Source: Macrostomum lignano
Lineage: Eukaryota
NCBI GenBank assembly: GCA_002269645.1
Contig: NIVC01004828.1
Span: 1-34,063, forward strand
Direction: 5' to 3'
DNA length: 34,063 bases
Of this stretch, positions 1 to 12,611 are shown in pieces; the stretch's first letter is position 1, and the number at the start of each line of letters is the position of its first letter. The position numbers and the translations under genes were made by a program. The notes beneath the pieces were generated by a model. That model searched no databases. It was not told where the DNA came from and was given only the letters and a program-made list of their open reading frames with translations.

Positions 1-39
1 TTCTTTGTGTTTTCAGTTTTGCCTGCGCCGGATTCGCCT
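1..39 (-). CDS. MYH9/MYH10-like: Non-muscle myosin II heavy chain, coding exon 3 (partial; runs off window), P-loop
   Basis: Minus strand reads cacag|a GGC GAA TCC GGC GCA GGC AAA ACT GAA AAC ACA AAG = (T)GESGAGKTENTK, the myosin P-loop. Phase 2 matches the exon-2 donor. Confidence 0.93.
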
Positions 40-239
40 CTGTGTCGAATTTGGAATGGATTGAATACAGCCAATGCTTTGCCCCATCCAAGCTTTTAAT
101 TTTAAGCTGGGGATAAACTATATGCACTTCCTTTTCGATAACTGAGTCGAATGAAAGTGCGATAGGGGCAGGCAGGCAAGACAGGAAGGTAAAGAGATAC
201 ATATAGACAGTTAGAGACGCTACCGCAGAGACCGACAGG

Positions 240-250
240 CACAGACAGGC

Positions 251-301
<51 letters not shown>

Positions 302-340
302 TAGACAGACAGACACACAGACAGACAGACAGACAGACAC

Positions 341-391
<51 letters not shown>

Positions 392-538
392 CACACAGAA
401 AGACAGACAGACAGACAGACAGACGCTAAGTCAGACAGACACTAAGTCAGACAGACACTAAGACAGACAGACAGACAGACAGATAGACAGAGACAGACAG
501 ACACTAAGTCAGACAGACACTAAATCAGACAGACACTA

Positions 539-595
<57 letters not shown>

Positions 596-602
596 CACAG
601 AC

Positions 603-665
<63 letters not shown>

Positions 666-721
666 CACAGACAGACAGCAGACACACAGGCAGACACACA
701 GACAGACAGACAGACAGACAC

Positions 722-756
<35 letters not shown>

Positions 757-868
757 TACAGACAGAGAGACAGACAGACAGACAGACAGAGAGACAGACA
801 GAAAGACAGACAGACAGACAGACAGACAGAGACAGACAGACAGACACACAGAAAGACAGACAGACACG
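240..868. repeat. (GACA)n tetranucleotide microsatellite with variants, in myosin intron 2
   Basis: Visible gacagacagaca run with occasional gacactaa/gacacaca interruptions. Confidence 0.97.
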
Positions 869-963
869 CAGCCAGAGAGTCTGATTGATTGACCAAGAGT
901 TTGATGCCAGAAGTGTCAGAAAAGTTGCCAGTTGCCACCAGCGCACACAACAGCAAGCCTTAC

Positions 964-1148
964 GTGCACAGGATGCTCTGATCATCGCGAGCTTCCAGCA
1001 TAGACCGGTAGGCCTGATCGGCGATAGCATAAATGTGTGGCGGCCGTTCCGATCGCTTTTTCCCTTTGTAGGCTTCAATCACGGGCTCGTTATAGATTGG
1101 CAGCCGCTTGTAGGGATTGACCACTACGCAGAACAGGCCTGAGTAGGT
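964..1148 (-). CDS. MYH9/MYH10-like: Non-muscle myosin II heavy chain, coding exon 2
   Basis: Not in the ORF track. Hand translation gives ttgtag|[61 protein letters not shown](T)|gtaag, the canonical myosin motor N-terminus. 185 nt, phase 0 to 2. Confidence 0.95.
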
Positions 1149-3222
1149 CTACAATAGCATTTTGGGTAGATTTAAAAAAATTCATTTTTAATAAACGGTA
1201 GAAACAATGCATTGCATTGGCAAGTTGCTACAGAAAAAGTACTTTTCATTACTGCGCACACCGCCTTTGGAGGGATGAGAAATAATCTAGTGTGAAAGAA
1301 AACATAATACTTCTTAATTTTTTACCATTTTTCTACACTGCACTGCACTGCTTTTATTAACACATTCATCTTATTTACATTGGCTAGTTTTTCTGCCCTT
1401 TGTCTTAAATGTTAAGTCAACAAAATGTGTAGAAATAACCACATAAAATTTCTACATTCTTGTAGACACATCAGGGTTATTTTGCAACATTTTTAAAACT
1501 ATAAACTCGAATACTGTAGCTCCTTCGGGATTGACACTTGGCTTTGCAGATCCACAGAGAATCGGGTTATCAAACCAGACAAAAATCATAAAATAATCTT
1601 AGATTGACATACTATATTTAAATAACTATTTCTAGTTTTAGATAGTTTAGAGGTAGGACACTGTATGTACCTTGGCATACTTTAGGGGACATTTATCCCA
1701 TAATTAGCAAGAGGCATTATTTCCCATTTTGTTGACTCCCCTGAGTAGACAGATAAGTGTGCAGATAATATAGTCATATATATAAGCACACACTGACATA
1801 GTATATAGTGGCATTGTATACATAGTATACATAGTATTTTTTATTATGCATTGGAGATTGGCCCTTAAAGGTGTTAATAGCATGATCAGACCCAAGCTAA
1901 GATTCCAATTTAGCCTTAAATTAATATGATTGCACTAGGAATTAAACCTCTTATTGGCATATGAGATCACCAAGCAAGACCATTAGACTATGGCTCCCTT
2001 TTATTAGAAGAATCTATAAATAATTGTGTTTATTTATTGTATTGCTAACTGCTAAAAGACCATTGATATAATTTTAATTGAAAATTAATTGTAAAATAAT
2101 TATTTTATTTTTATTTTCATTATTAGCTAAGACAATAAATAATTTTGTTTTTACTACTTTTTTAAATGATATACTTCTTATAGATCAATTCAAAAAGAGA
2201 CCTAATTCTTCAGGCTTTAAAGAATAAATTATTATGCTTCATTTATTAGCACCACGATTAATATATTGATTTATATTATATCAGATTAGATTAATATATA
2301 TTATACATAGTTAATAAATAATTTTTATTGTTTAAAATGGTTTTCAAGCTATAAAATTTAAGTTGGCCCAGAAACATTGTTATTAGAAATTGAAGTTTTT
2401 GTGTTTAAGGCTAGTCATTAACTTTTATTGTAATTATTTAAAAAAAGTAATTTAAAAAATTGATTTTAAAAAATTGATTTTTGAATTGTAAAAGTTCTAG
2501 ACTATAGTAGGCCCCCTATAATTGTCAAGGAAACCTTATTAGAATCAATCTAAAAATTTACAAACACTCATTCTAATCTAAGCATAAAAGAATGCAAGTA
2601 AAGGTAAATATTTATACTATAAAGTATTAGTTTGGAATTTGATTATAAAATTTCAAATTGTATTCTAGGCTTTTTACTTAGGCATAATTTTATATAAAGC
2701 ATTTGTTTTTAACAATTTTATAAAAGTATATGCATCTCATACTTGCTGGTTTGGCCTTATTATACAAAGGTTGTACAAATGGAAATCAATTGGTATACAA
2801 GCACGACAATAGATTTCCTGCCTCACATAAGACAATATTTTTATAAATCCTTTTGCCTTTAATCTATTTATATAATAAAATATAAAAAAAATAAATCTAA
2901 AATTCGAATGAAATAATTTTTTTTCTGCAACAAATTGTTTTTACTACCGGGGCTAATTTATGAGTTTTTATTGTGAATATGCAGTAAGACAACATTAATA
3001 TATATATATTTTAAAAGATATATATTCTTTATATAATTGAAAACAATAAATTAAAAAAATAATCTTTTAATTCAATTATTTTAAAAGTCTAAATTAAGCC
3101 AAGAACATATTCGGGTTTTGGATGCACTTTTGCAGATAGGATCAAATATAAAAATGTGATTTTTAATTTTTGAATGATATTCACACAAAAAACTTAGGCC
3201 CAAATATTGTCTAAAAACTTAC

Positions 3223-3582
3223 ATAAATAAGATCAGAATAGTATCTGTCACGAAGGTTGTGAAGAACAGATGCTTCGTTTAGGTTTGACAGTTCCGACAT
3301 GTCCTCCTTCTTCGTAAACTTAGGAGGATTCATTTTTTGTATATCATCCTTGGAAACTTTTCGAGTTTCACCAGTATCAGAAACCTCAACAATAACAACA
3401 TCGTCTCCCTCTTCTTGCCGAACACTAGCGGAAACAAAACCCTGAGTCTCATGTGGGATCCAAACTAGTTTTTTCGCAACCCATTCCTGCTCAAGAGAGG
3501 GGTCACTAATTATGCTGTTTGTGCCAGAAACTTCAAGAAATTTGAAGGCCGGATCTTTCTGCAATAGATCGACGGACATCAT
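3223..3582 (-). CDS. MYH9/MYH10-like: Non-muscle myosin II heavy chain, coding exon 1 (SH3-like N-terminus)
   Basis: [13 protein letters not shown]...[12 protein letters not shown]...[28 protein letters not shown] followed by a gtaagt donor at 3222. Joins exon 2 as LIY|TYSG. Confidence 0.95.
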
Positions 3583-4871
3583 TGACCGATGGCCGAAATA
3601 TAAACGTTGTTTTATCGGTTATTCTTTCACCAATGTACAGTTCTACAATCAACAACAAAAATAAACTAACACACTGGACTGTAGCTTTTGTTAATGACTT
3701 AACGCATTAGAAAAATTCAATAGAGTGACGCACTGTCAATAATTTAAAACTGCAACCGTACCTGTATTTTCAAAGAAAACGAAATAGATTTCTTGAAAAC
3801 ACAATTTACTTGACAATTACTTTTGAACTTAATAAAATTTGCTGTTAACTAACAGTATATAAAGAAAAACATTTGATTTCAAAAGATATTACGGTACTTT
3901 TTGTTATACCCAACTGAGAACATTTAAAAGTTAAAATTGAAAAGCCGAGCTATAATGGTCGCCAAATTTGGTGATCATGGTCTCGATCTGTATTTTATGC
4001 ATGGTGTGTACTGTTTTTTACCAATATTTTCGTTCAAAGTTATATTTTTAAACGAAATTGAACTACTTTTCACTAAGGTGACACTTACATTTTTTAAAAC
4101 TTGTAAATGTTTGGACGACTGCGCATGTAGCAGATGGAGAGCCAAACATGATGGGATCTCAGAAATTGTACGTACTGAGCAGTATTATACATTTGCATCT
4201 TATGTAACCTAGGACGACTAAAAGTATGCATACATTTACTTACAATTTACAATGTACGTACACGCAGAGTTCAGAGGAAGGTGATTTTTGACGACATTAT
4301 TTCTAGGACCACTGAGAGTAATCTTGTAATTTTTGCATGGAGAGGCCAATTTCCTGGAAAAAAAACACTTTGGAGATAGGAAAAAAGTATTTTTTATCTC
4401 ATAAGCAATTATTGCACCTGATCTGGGGCAGTGAAGATTGTCATTTTTTTTAATTTAACATGCAACCATATATAATTACTTTGATATTTTTGTGTGGTAT
4501 TGCACGCAAATAGCATTGCACGCAAGACAATAATTCATTGTTAATCCCGTCCGTCCATGAACGATAGAAAAAACGATAATATGCAACACACAATTTGTAT
4601 TTAATTGACTATGTACGAAGAAATTACTAATATAAAATTCAACGCGTTTATTCAACAATTATCCGCAAAACTGTACAAAACGCGCTTATGAATGTAAAAA
4701 TATGCGATCAAGCGCTAAAGTTATGCATGAATTTTAGAAAAGGGATGCAATTAGACAATTAAGAAACTTGCACTTAGCTCGTTGATTATATGTAATTGCA
4801 AATGTATACTAATGTAAAAATTTTATTCCAGAGCTAAGTACTCGTCCTTGAAGAAATAGCGCACATGATGC

Positions 4872-6787
4872 TCAGTCGACCTCCTCAACGGTGGGTCTCC
4901 GGCTCGCTGATGTCCAGGCTGAGGCTGACCAGACTGCTGCTGCTGCTGATGAAGCTTGGCCATGATTGACGAGCAGCGGCTGCTGAGTTGCTGCTGCTGG
5001 TGGGCGATCTCGTCCTTCTCGGCAGTCTGGTTGTTCTCCAGCCAGGAAATCACTTGCTCGCAGGCGGCCACCACCTCGGCGGAGTCCTTCTCGCCCAGCT
5101 TGTCTTTGCAGTCGTTGGCAGCCTGCTTGTACTGGAAGGCGAGCGACTCGAGCTGGTTGCGGGCCGCCAGGCGCTCGCGGTGCCGCTCGTCCTCCTCGCG
5201 GAACTTCTCCGCATCCCGCACCATCCTGTCGATCTCGTCCTTCGAGAGGCGGCCCTTGTCGTTCGTGATCGTGATCTTCTCCTCCTTGCTGGTGCTCTTG
5301 TCTTTCGCCGACACCACCAGGATTCCGTTGGCGTCAACGTCGAAGGTCACCTCGATCTGAGGGACTCCGCGCGGCGCTGGCGGGATGCCGTCCAGATTGA
5401 ACCGGCCCAGCAGGTGGTTGTCTCGAGTGAATGCTCGCTCGCCCTCGAACACCTGAATAGTGACGCCGCTCTGGTTATCCGAGTAGGTGGTGAACGTCTG
5501 CGTCGCCTTGGTCGGGATGCGGCTGTTCCGCTCGACAATCTTGGTCATCACCCCGCCGGCGGTCTCGATGCCGAGAGACAGCGGCGCCACATCCAGCAGC
5601 AGCAGGTCGTCGATCTTGTCGTCCTTCACGCCAGTCAGCACCGCAGCCTGCACGGCAGCTCCGTAGGCGACCGCCTCGTCCGGGTTGATCGACTTGTTCA
5701 GCGTCCGACCTCCCATGAATTCTTGCAGCAACTTCTGCACCCTCGGGATCCGGGTTGATCCGCCAACCAGCACGATCTCGTTGATGTTGCTCTTGTCCAT
5801 CTTGGCGTCTCTCAGCGCTCGCTCCACCGGCTCCATCGTCTGGCGAAACAAGTCGGCGCACAGCTCCTCAAATCGAGCCCTGGTGACGCTCGTGTAAAAG
5901 TCGATGCCCTCGAACAGCGAGTCAATCTCGATGCTCGCCTGTGCCGAGCTGCTCAGCGTTCGCTTCGCTCGCTCAGCCGCAGTCCGAAGGCGTCTCACAG
6001 CCCGAGCGTTGCCGCTCATGTCCTTGCGGTACTTGCGCTTGAACTCTTGCATCAGGTGCTCAACCAGACGATGATCAAAGTCCTCGCCGCCGAGGTGGGT
6101 GTCGCCGGCGGTTGCGCGCACCTCGAACATGCTGCCCTCCGACACTGTCAGGATGGACACGTCGAACGTGCCGCCTCCCAGGTCAAAGATGAGAATGTTC
6201 TTCTCACCCTGCAGGTTCTTGTCCAGACCGTAGGCCAGTGCCGCAGCAGTCGGCTCGTTCACGATGCGCAGCACGTTCAGTCCGGCAATCGCCCCGGCAT
6301 CCTTCGTTGCCTGTCGCTGACTGTCGTTGAAGTAGGCCGGCACCGTGATCACCGCGTCAGACACCTTCTCGCCGAGGTAGGCCTCCGCCGTCTCCTTCAT
6401 CTTGGTGAGAACCATGGCGGAGATCTCCTCCGGGTAGAAGCTGCGCCTCTCGCCCATGTACTGCACCTCAATCTTGGGTCGGCCTCCGTCGTTCGTCACC
6501 TTGAATGGCCACAGCTTCATGTCCCTCTGCACCGTCTCGTCTCCGAACTTTCGTCCGATCAGACGCTTCGCGTCAAACACAGTGTTGTCCGGATTCATCG
6601 CCACCTGGTTCTTTGCAGCGTCGCCTACCAGCCTCTCCGTGTCCGTGAAGGCCACGTAGCTGGGAGTGGTTCGGTTGCCCTGGTCATTGGCAATGATCTC
6701 CACTTTGCCTGCCTGGAACACGCCAACGCACGAGTACGTGGTGCCCAGGTCAATGCCGATTGCAGGTCCGTTGTTGCTCTTACCCAT
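4872..6787 (-). CDS. hsp70: Cytosolic inducible Hsp70, intronless; apparent 1-nt frameshift near 4897 (ORF track extends to 4823)
   Basis: Contains the Hsp70 signatures [35 protein letters not shown] and [24 protein letters not shown] is present at 4872-4895 in the -1 frame. Confidence 0.97.
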
Positions 6788-6942
6788 GTTGTCGATCGAT
6801 TAATTCGCACTTGCTTGATATACGAGTAGTAGCGTAGGCTGATGCGTCAGTTGCCTTGATGGCTTGCTTGGCTTTGCTGTTCGTTTCGTTCGGCTTGCGA
6901 TCCGATTTCTTCTTGCCTCCAATTCTGGGCCGGGTGCTTCTC

Positions 6943-6949
6943 TTTTATA
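6943..6949 (-). promoter_or_regulatory. TATA box of hsp70
   Basis: TATAAAA on the minus strand about 155 nt upstream of the ATG and just downstream of the HSEs. Confidence 0.8.
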
Positions 6950-6961
6950 GACTCCGGCCCG

Positions 6962-6976
6962 TTTCTAGAAGTTTCC
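6962..6976. promoter_or_regulatory. Heat-shock element, 3 units
   Basis: TTC-ta-GAA-gt-TTC at 6963-6975, perfect alternating nGAAn spacing. Confidence 0.85.
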
Positions 6977-7018
6977 CGTACCATCCTCCGCGAATGCGCC
7001 GCGAGCTATTTTTAGCTC

Positions 7019-7038
7019 GTTCTGGAAATTTCGCGAAA
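7019..7038. promoter_or_regulatory. Heat-shock element, 4 units
   Basis: TTC-tg-GAA-at-TTC-gc-GAA at 7020-7037, perfect alternating nGAAn spacing. Confidence 0.88.
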
Positions 7039-7611
7039 AAAGGGTTGTCTGACAAATTTTATCGGTTGCGTCTAAGTTGCCTACTTTCAGTAGAGAGTAG
7101 CAAACGTGGAACGTATATTTTTTACAAACATATTTACAATTGTAAAATAGATAAAGAAATTGTAGAAAATGGGAATATTGATCGTTTTAGTACCGAATAG
7201 TTCATTCTGTTATTCAATATTTACATGCTGAAACGATTAAGTCTGTAATATATGATTTTAGAAATCGGCGAGTCCTAACCAAACCTAACGTTGCTAAACT
7301 TCGGTTATCAGACGAGAACCGGTTTTTTCAACGTGGTATGGCCAGTAGTACTTAACATCACTTTATGCTTCTCAACCCGCTGCATTATGCCAGGCCAGTT
7401 ACAAGATGGCCAATTTTATTTGAAGCCCGTTTCGAATTGAACAACAGGTGATGAATCTGTCAATCTTTAATTTAGCCTAGGAAATCATGCATGAAGCCTT
7501 TGCAAGGACTTTTCCGAGCCCTTGGGGCTTGTCAAACTTTGGCTGGGAAAGCAACGTTGATGCTCAGCTCTTGCACTCAACTCTTCACCTCACACCAAGT
7601 GTGAGGTATAA

Positions 7612-7667
7612 CGATGATTATGAATGATTATGATTATGATTATGATTATGATGATTATGATGATTGA
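7612..7667. repeat. (GAT/TAT) microsatellite
   Basis: gatgattatg...gattatgattatgatgatt run. Confidence 0.85.
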
Positions 7668-8682
7668 ACGATAGGTCCCAAAAAGGCCCACAGATGGTCC
7701 GCACGCAAAGGTCCGCACCGTCACTATATACGGACCTCTAAAGGTCCGGATGTTTGTAAAGGTCCGGATGTTAAGGTCCAATATAAGGTCCGTACGGAGG
7801 TCCAGCCCAGCCATTAATTTTCCCTTATGAGTTACGAATATAGCATAAAAAATAATTTAAGGCAAAACGAATTCTTTATTCTTAAATGCATGATTTTTTC
7901 AGAGATGCTGAATTAGAAATGATGTATTAATTAAAAATTAATAAGAATTATTATTACGTTGATTTGTTTATTTTTTTATTTTAATTTTAACAGCTTTGTC
8001 GACGACAAGATTGTATGTGTTCAACTGCTACTTTAAGAGTGTCAAGTGCACCACATCTAACGAAAGCCTGCTACTAGCGATGGCGCAGACTCCCGAGAAA
8101 TGGCATCACGCCGACGCAACTTAGAAATAACTTCGAATACCCCAGAAATGCCTCTAGAGAAGAAGGCACGTGCTGCAAATTGAAGGCAACAGAGAATGTG
8201 GCGAGTACAACGACAATGTCCTTAACATTGTCAAACAGCAGCTTGGCACCATTCACGGACACACAGTTGTTAATTGGCAACTCAGAGGAAAAAAAATTGT
8301 CTGGATCCAGCTTCAAGCGGCCAAGAAGCAAAGAGATGCCATTTTGGAGCAGACGGACGCTCTGCTGACGCTTAGCCTCGAACACATGTGCATTTACATT
8401 TACATGTAATACTGGAATGGCTACTTGCACTTTTAAACAACTTGCCAAAGTGCTTGAGTTTCCCGAACTTCTGGCATGCTCTTGCATGTACCTCGCAGTG
8501 TGCGCGCGAGCAGCGGAATTGTTGCGGTGATGAGACATCCGATCTCTGGACTCCGATTTCATTCTATAGAATGATGTTGTCGTGAATTCGTTCAATCTCG
8601 GACTACTCAATGACCCTGGCTACACAGTTCACTGTTCCGCAATTTATTTGAGCGTCACGGAGGGGATTTAAAAAAGATAACG

Positions 8683-9384
8683 CTGCCATCTATCTGAGTG
8701 CCACTATCTGACTGCCACTATCTGACTGCCACTATCTGACTGCCATCTATCTGAGTGCCACTATCTGACTGCCATCTATCTGAGTGCCACTATCTGACTG
8801 CCACTATCTGACTGCCATCTATCTGAGTGCCACTATCTGACTGCCACTATCTGACTGCCACTATCTGACTGACATCTATCTGAGTGCCACTATCTGACTG
8901 CCACTATCTGACTGCCACTATCTGACTGCCATCTATCTGAGTGCCACTATCTGACTGCCATCTATCTGAGTGCCACTATCTGACTGCCACTATCTGACTG
9001 CCACTATCTGACTGACACTATCTGACTGCCATCTGACTGCCACTATCTGACTGCCACTATCTGACTACCACTATCTGACTGCCATCTATCTGACTGCCAC
9101 TATCTGACTGCCACTATCTGACTACCATCTGACTGACACTATATCTGACTGCCACTATCTGACTGCCACTATTTGACTGCCACTATCTGACTGCCACTAT
9201 CTGACTGACACTATCTGACTGCCACTATCTGACTGCCACTATCTGACTGCCACTATCTGACTACCATCTGACTGACACTAGTCTGACTGACTGACACTGA
9301 TTGACACTGACTCTGACATCTGACTGACACTGACTCTATCTGACTGCCACTATCTGACTGACACTATCTGACTGTCACTATCTG
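8683..9384. repeat. 14/15-bp minisatellite (ccactatctgactg / ccatctatctgagtg)
   Basis: About 50 directly visible tandem units that degenerate toward the right end. Confidence 0.95.
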
Positions 9385-10536
9385 TTTCCCAACCTATAAA
9401 GTTACATGCACCCTTACAATACCAAGAAATACTTATTTTATTATTAGAGGTGAGCCTGGTAGGATAATTTGGCGTTTCGGGTCTAGGTAGCATTTTAACA
9501 AATTCAGTGTAGGCTCAGCCAATCAGAATCGACGTGTTCCACTATAACATTGCACGACCCTGAAGGTCGGTCTGGGTGATTTGAAGTTTGACACTTGTGA
9601 GAACAAAATTATCCTTACTTTTTGAACTGCCTCCCCGAAGTCTGATTTTTGTTCTGCACTTGCATGACTTTTCATGTTCTCAACTTTTCGAAGCAGAAAT
9701 CCACCATTTAATACTAAGAGTAGCTCGTATAGCTTGTTCGCGATCTGAATCATTTTGAACTCAGAATTAAAAATCTTCCTGTTTGTCTCTCGCTGCCCTC
9801 TCTTTATAGCTACAGGACCCAGCTGCTTACTTCATCTATAGGTTACCTTGGGGCTGGCCATCTGACAGAAGTTGGAGGGCCAGAGCATTGAGTGATTGAT
9901 TGAACAAGGTCATGAGTTAACATTTTGTCATATACATGCATGCACACGAGTTGCAGGAAACGTCAGGTTTTACATAGAAAATTTTAGCATAACGGAAGAC
10001 AAGCAGCAAAGAGAGCAACTTGAAGTAAAATGTGAATTATCACTTCGATTTCGGTGCACAGAAATGAAGGCAAGAAGATTAATTGAACAAAAGTATCTCT
10101 GTTGAAACATTGGTTGATAAATGAGCAGCATATTGGGAAGCGAACAGAGTACATGTTCACAGATGCATCAGTGAAATGGGTTTTTACCATAGACAAAGTA
10201 TAAACTGACTCTAAAAATACTCTAAGGCGACAGAAATTAATCAACTAAAATCGATTTTTCTTAGAAATCAGGTGAAGGTCGGTCAGGAACGTGTACTTTT
10301 CGCATCGCCGGTGCATGTAGTTATGCTCTAGAGAAATCTGATTTATTTAAAACGGTTTTTCCCAACTGAACTTGTCTATGGCAAAACCCCCATTCAGCGC
10401 TATGCGTGCCCTTACCGACCTCCGGCTCGTTTCTAAGAAAGTCTAGTGTAGCGTGTTTCAAACTCGGTTGCCATGGCGCCAGATCTAACAACAAGCTCAA
10501 ATTTAGCATGACAAAACACTGGAGAATTAGCAAAAA

Positions 10537-11622
10537 TCATTGCTTAGCTTTTGAAACCCCAGCAGCCCTGGTGGAAGTTTTGCTTCCAAGCAGCATGATG
10601 AGCATCTGCTCCTGTTCACTCAGCTGGCCTCGGAACCGTTGGCAAATCGCGCCCAGCTGTCGGATCTGCTCGCCCTGGTCCTGCAACGCCGCGTCCTTGG
10701 TCGGGCACTGCTGACAGCCGCCGCCCCCAGTCCGTCGTCGAAGTGTTTCAACTTCGTTGACCATCTTCTGCAGCTCTTTGTTCAGCTGATCAATTTGCGA
10801 CTGTCGCTCGTGCGAATTCGTGCCCAGCGCGCCGGCCACCTGGCGCTTGAGATTGTCGATTCGTTTGTCCCGATCGGACAGAGCCTGCTGATGCTCCCGG
10901 TGCAGCTTCGCTAGCTCGTCCTCGTGCCGCGACTCGGTCTGCTTCAACTGATCTTTCACACTGTCCAGCTGCTGCATCAGTCTGGCCGTCTCCTCCCTGT
11001 GCAGCTCCTGCAGCTGCTCAATTCGCTGCGCTGTGGCCTGGTGAGCTCGGCACTCTTCCTCGTACAGCAGGCGGTATTTGTCGCCGCTGTCTGACGAGTC
11101 GGCCAGTTGCGCCTCAACACCCTGTCTCGCCTTTCTCTCATCGTCCAGCAGCTTCTGCGCCGTCCCTAGCATCTTCTCCAGCTTGTCGACTTGTTCTTTG
11201 AGCAGCTTCTCTCGGGCGGCCGCGTCCTGCAGCTTCTTCAGCAGCTCCTGTTCGCGCTGTTGCAGCCGGGTTAGCCTAAAGGCGTCGCTAGTTGGACTGC
11301 TGGACGACGTCGATTGGATGCTGGACTGGCGCTGGTGCTGCGGCGTCTGCTGGCCGCTAGTGATGGGCGGCAGGCTGCCGGTGCTGCTGCTCTGCTGCTT
11401 TTCCACCGCGCTAAATGCCTCGCCTTGCACGCTGAAGTCCTCGGACTTTCTCGGCTGACCATTCGCCCTCTGGCCCTGGACTCGGACTCGGCCTAACGGT
11501 CGAGGCTTCTGTGCACTGCTCAGCGGCTGCTGCTGCTGCTGCTGCTGCTGTGGCTGCTGTGGCTGCTGCCCTTCTGGCAGCTTCGGCTGAGCAGACACCA
11601 TCAGGCTGACGTTTTCGCTCAT
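10537..11622 (-). CDS. Single-exon coiled-coil protein, 361 aa, with Q-rich N-terminus and C-terminal CxxC
   Basis: Long GC-rich ORF with heptad-rich E/K/Q/L composition. A tttccatag acceptor (AG at 11632-11631) lies 8 nt before the ATG. Family not recognised. Confidence 0.85.
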   Translation of the reverse strand: MSENVSLMVSAQPKLPEGQQPQQPQQQQQQQQPLSSAQKPRPLGRVRVQGQRANGQPRKSEDFSVQGEAFSAVEKQQSSSTGSLPPITSGQQTPQHQRQSSIQSTSSSSPTSDAFRLTRLQQREQELLKKLQDAAAREKLLKEQVDKLEKMLGTAQKLLDDERKARQGVEAQLADSSDSGDKYRLLYEEECRAHQATAQRIEQLQELHREETARLMQQLDSVKDQLKQTESRHEDELAKLHREHQQALSDRDKRIDNLKRQVAGALGTNSHERQSQIDQLNKELQKMVNEVETLRRRTGGGGCQQCPTKDAALQDQGEQIRQLGAICQRFRGQLSEQEQMLIMLLGSKTSTRAAGVSKAKQ

Positions 11623-12242
11623 TGTCCGAGCTATGGAAATATGGATTACCTCTGCCTATTGTTCGAGTTCAAGTCAGATAGTAAGACTTTCTCTGTAATA
11701 AATTTAGTAGCGGAAAAGTGGGGTGTATGCAGCGATATCCAGTACGTCTGCTCAGCTGCCCTGTGCGGCCCTCCGTGGTTACAGTTTCACCTGGGCGAGG
11801 CTAATTTGGCCGGTGCTTTTGTTCAACAGCAGCCAGCCAACCCAAGGCTCTCGGCATTAAAAATGTACATTTACACTCTATAATGTGCGGAGAGTTTGTG
11901 AAGCATGGGGGGTAAGTGCACTCTGCCTCAATGCAGAAACCTTGCTCTCCAATCCAAAAGAAGCCTCTGTCTGCTACGCAGTTTCCTTCAAGACTAAAGT
12001 CGCTGCCTCACCTATACACGCGCTGTGATGCGATTGGCTTATTTACTACGAGCGTAAATTATGGCCACAGGGCTACCAAGTACAATGCTTCTCGCTCTGC
12101 AGCCTCCTCACCCACCCTCGCCCAGCCTGCTGCTGCTGCTGCCTCCAGTCAATTTTCAGTCTGGTTCTCCACCCCTCCCCCACTTCAAAACTGCCCAAGC
12201 AGTTTTTTTTTCAACAGAAAAGTATGAGCTGGAACCCCTGCC

Positions 12243-12244
<2 letters not shown>

Positions 12245-12310
<66 letters not shown>
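12245..12310. repeat. (CT)n microsatellite
   Basis: About 33 perfect CT units. Confidence 0.98.
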
Positions 12311-12313
<3 letters not shown>

Positions 12314-12591
12314 CTCTCTGCATCTTCGGCGTGCCCATACAGCTACGGTGGATGAGGCCTTCTCAGATTGCAAGCCTCACACACAACCAACCCAAACAAC
12401 TACTATTGTCCAACTAGCTTCATTGTCCGTCTGATATTGTCAATTTATGACAGCTTCATATTCGTGTGTAATAAGCTGCCTTGACAATTGTACATTATTT
12501 TATTACGATTTTGACACATCAATGCCTATCATGACATGAAGAAAGAGAAGAGCCGCGCGGAGGCCGTGCGAACTGAAAATGTCAACGGAGG

Positions 12592-12611
12592 GTGTGTGTG
12601 TGTGTGTGTGT
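12592..12611. repeat. (GT)n microsatellite
   Basis: About 10 GT units. Confidence 0.9.

Noticed and set aside
102-1078. SVCL-repeat ORFs
   Set aside because: These are translations of the (GACA)n microsatellite. The only real coding sequence here is the myosin exon at 964-1148.
4956-6829. Long plus-strand and alternate-frame ORFs over hsp70 (for example 4988-5758 and 6047-6829)
   Set aside because: Antisense open frames are a known by-product of GC3-rich codon usage in hsp70 genes. No independent motifs or start context.
9523-9753. 76-aa minus-strand ORF with a TATA-like motif upstream
   Set aside because: No recognisable domain, AT-rich codon usage unlike the host genes here, and no supporting splice structure.
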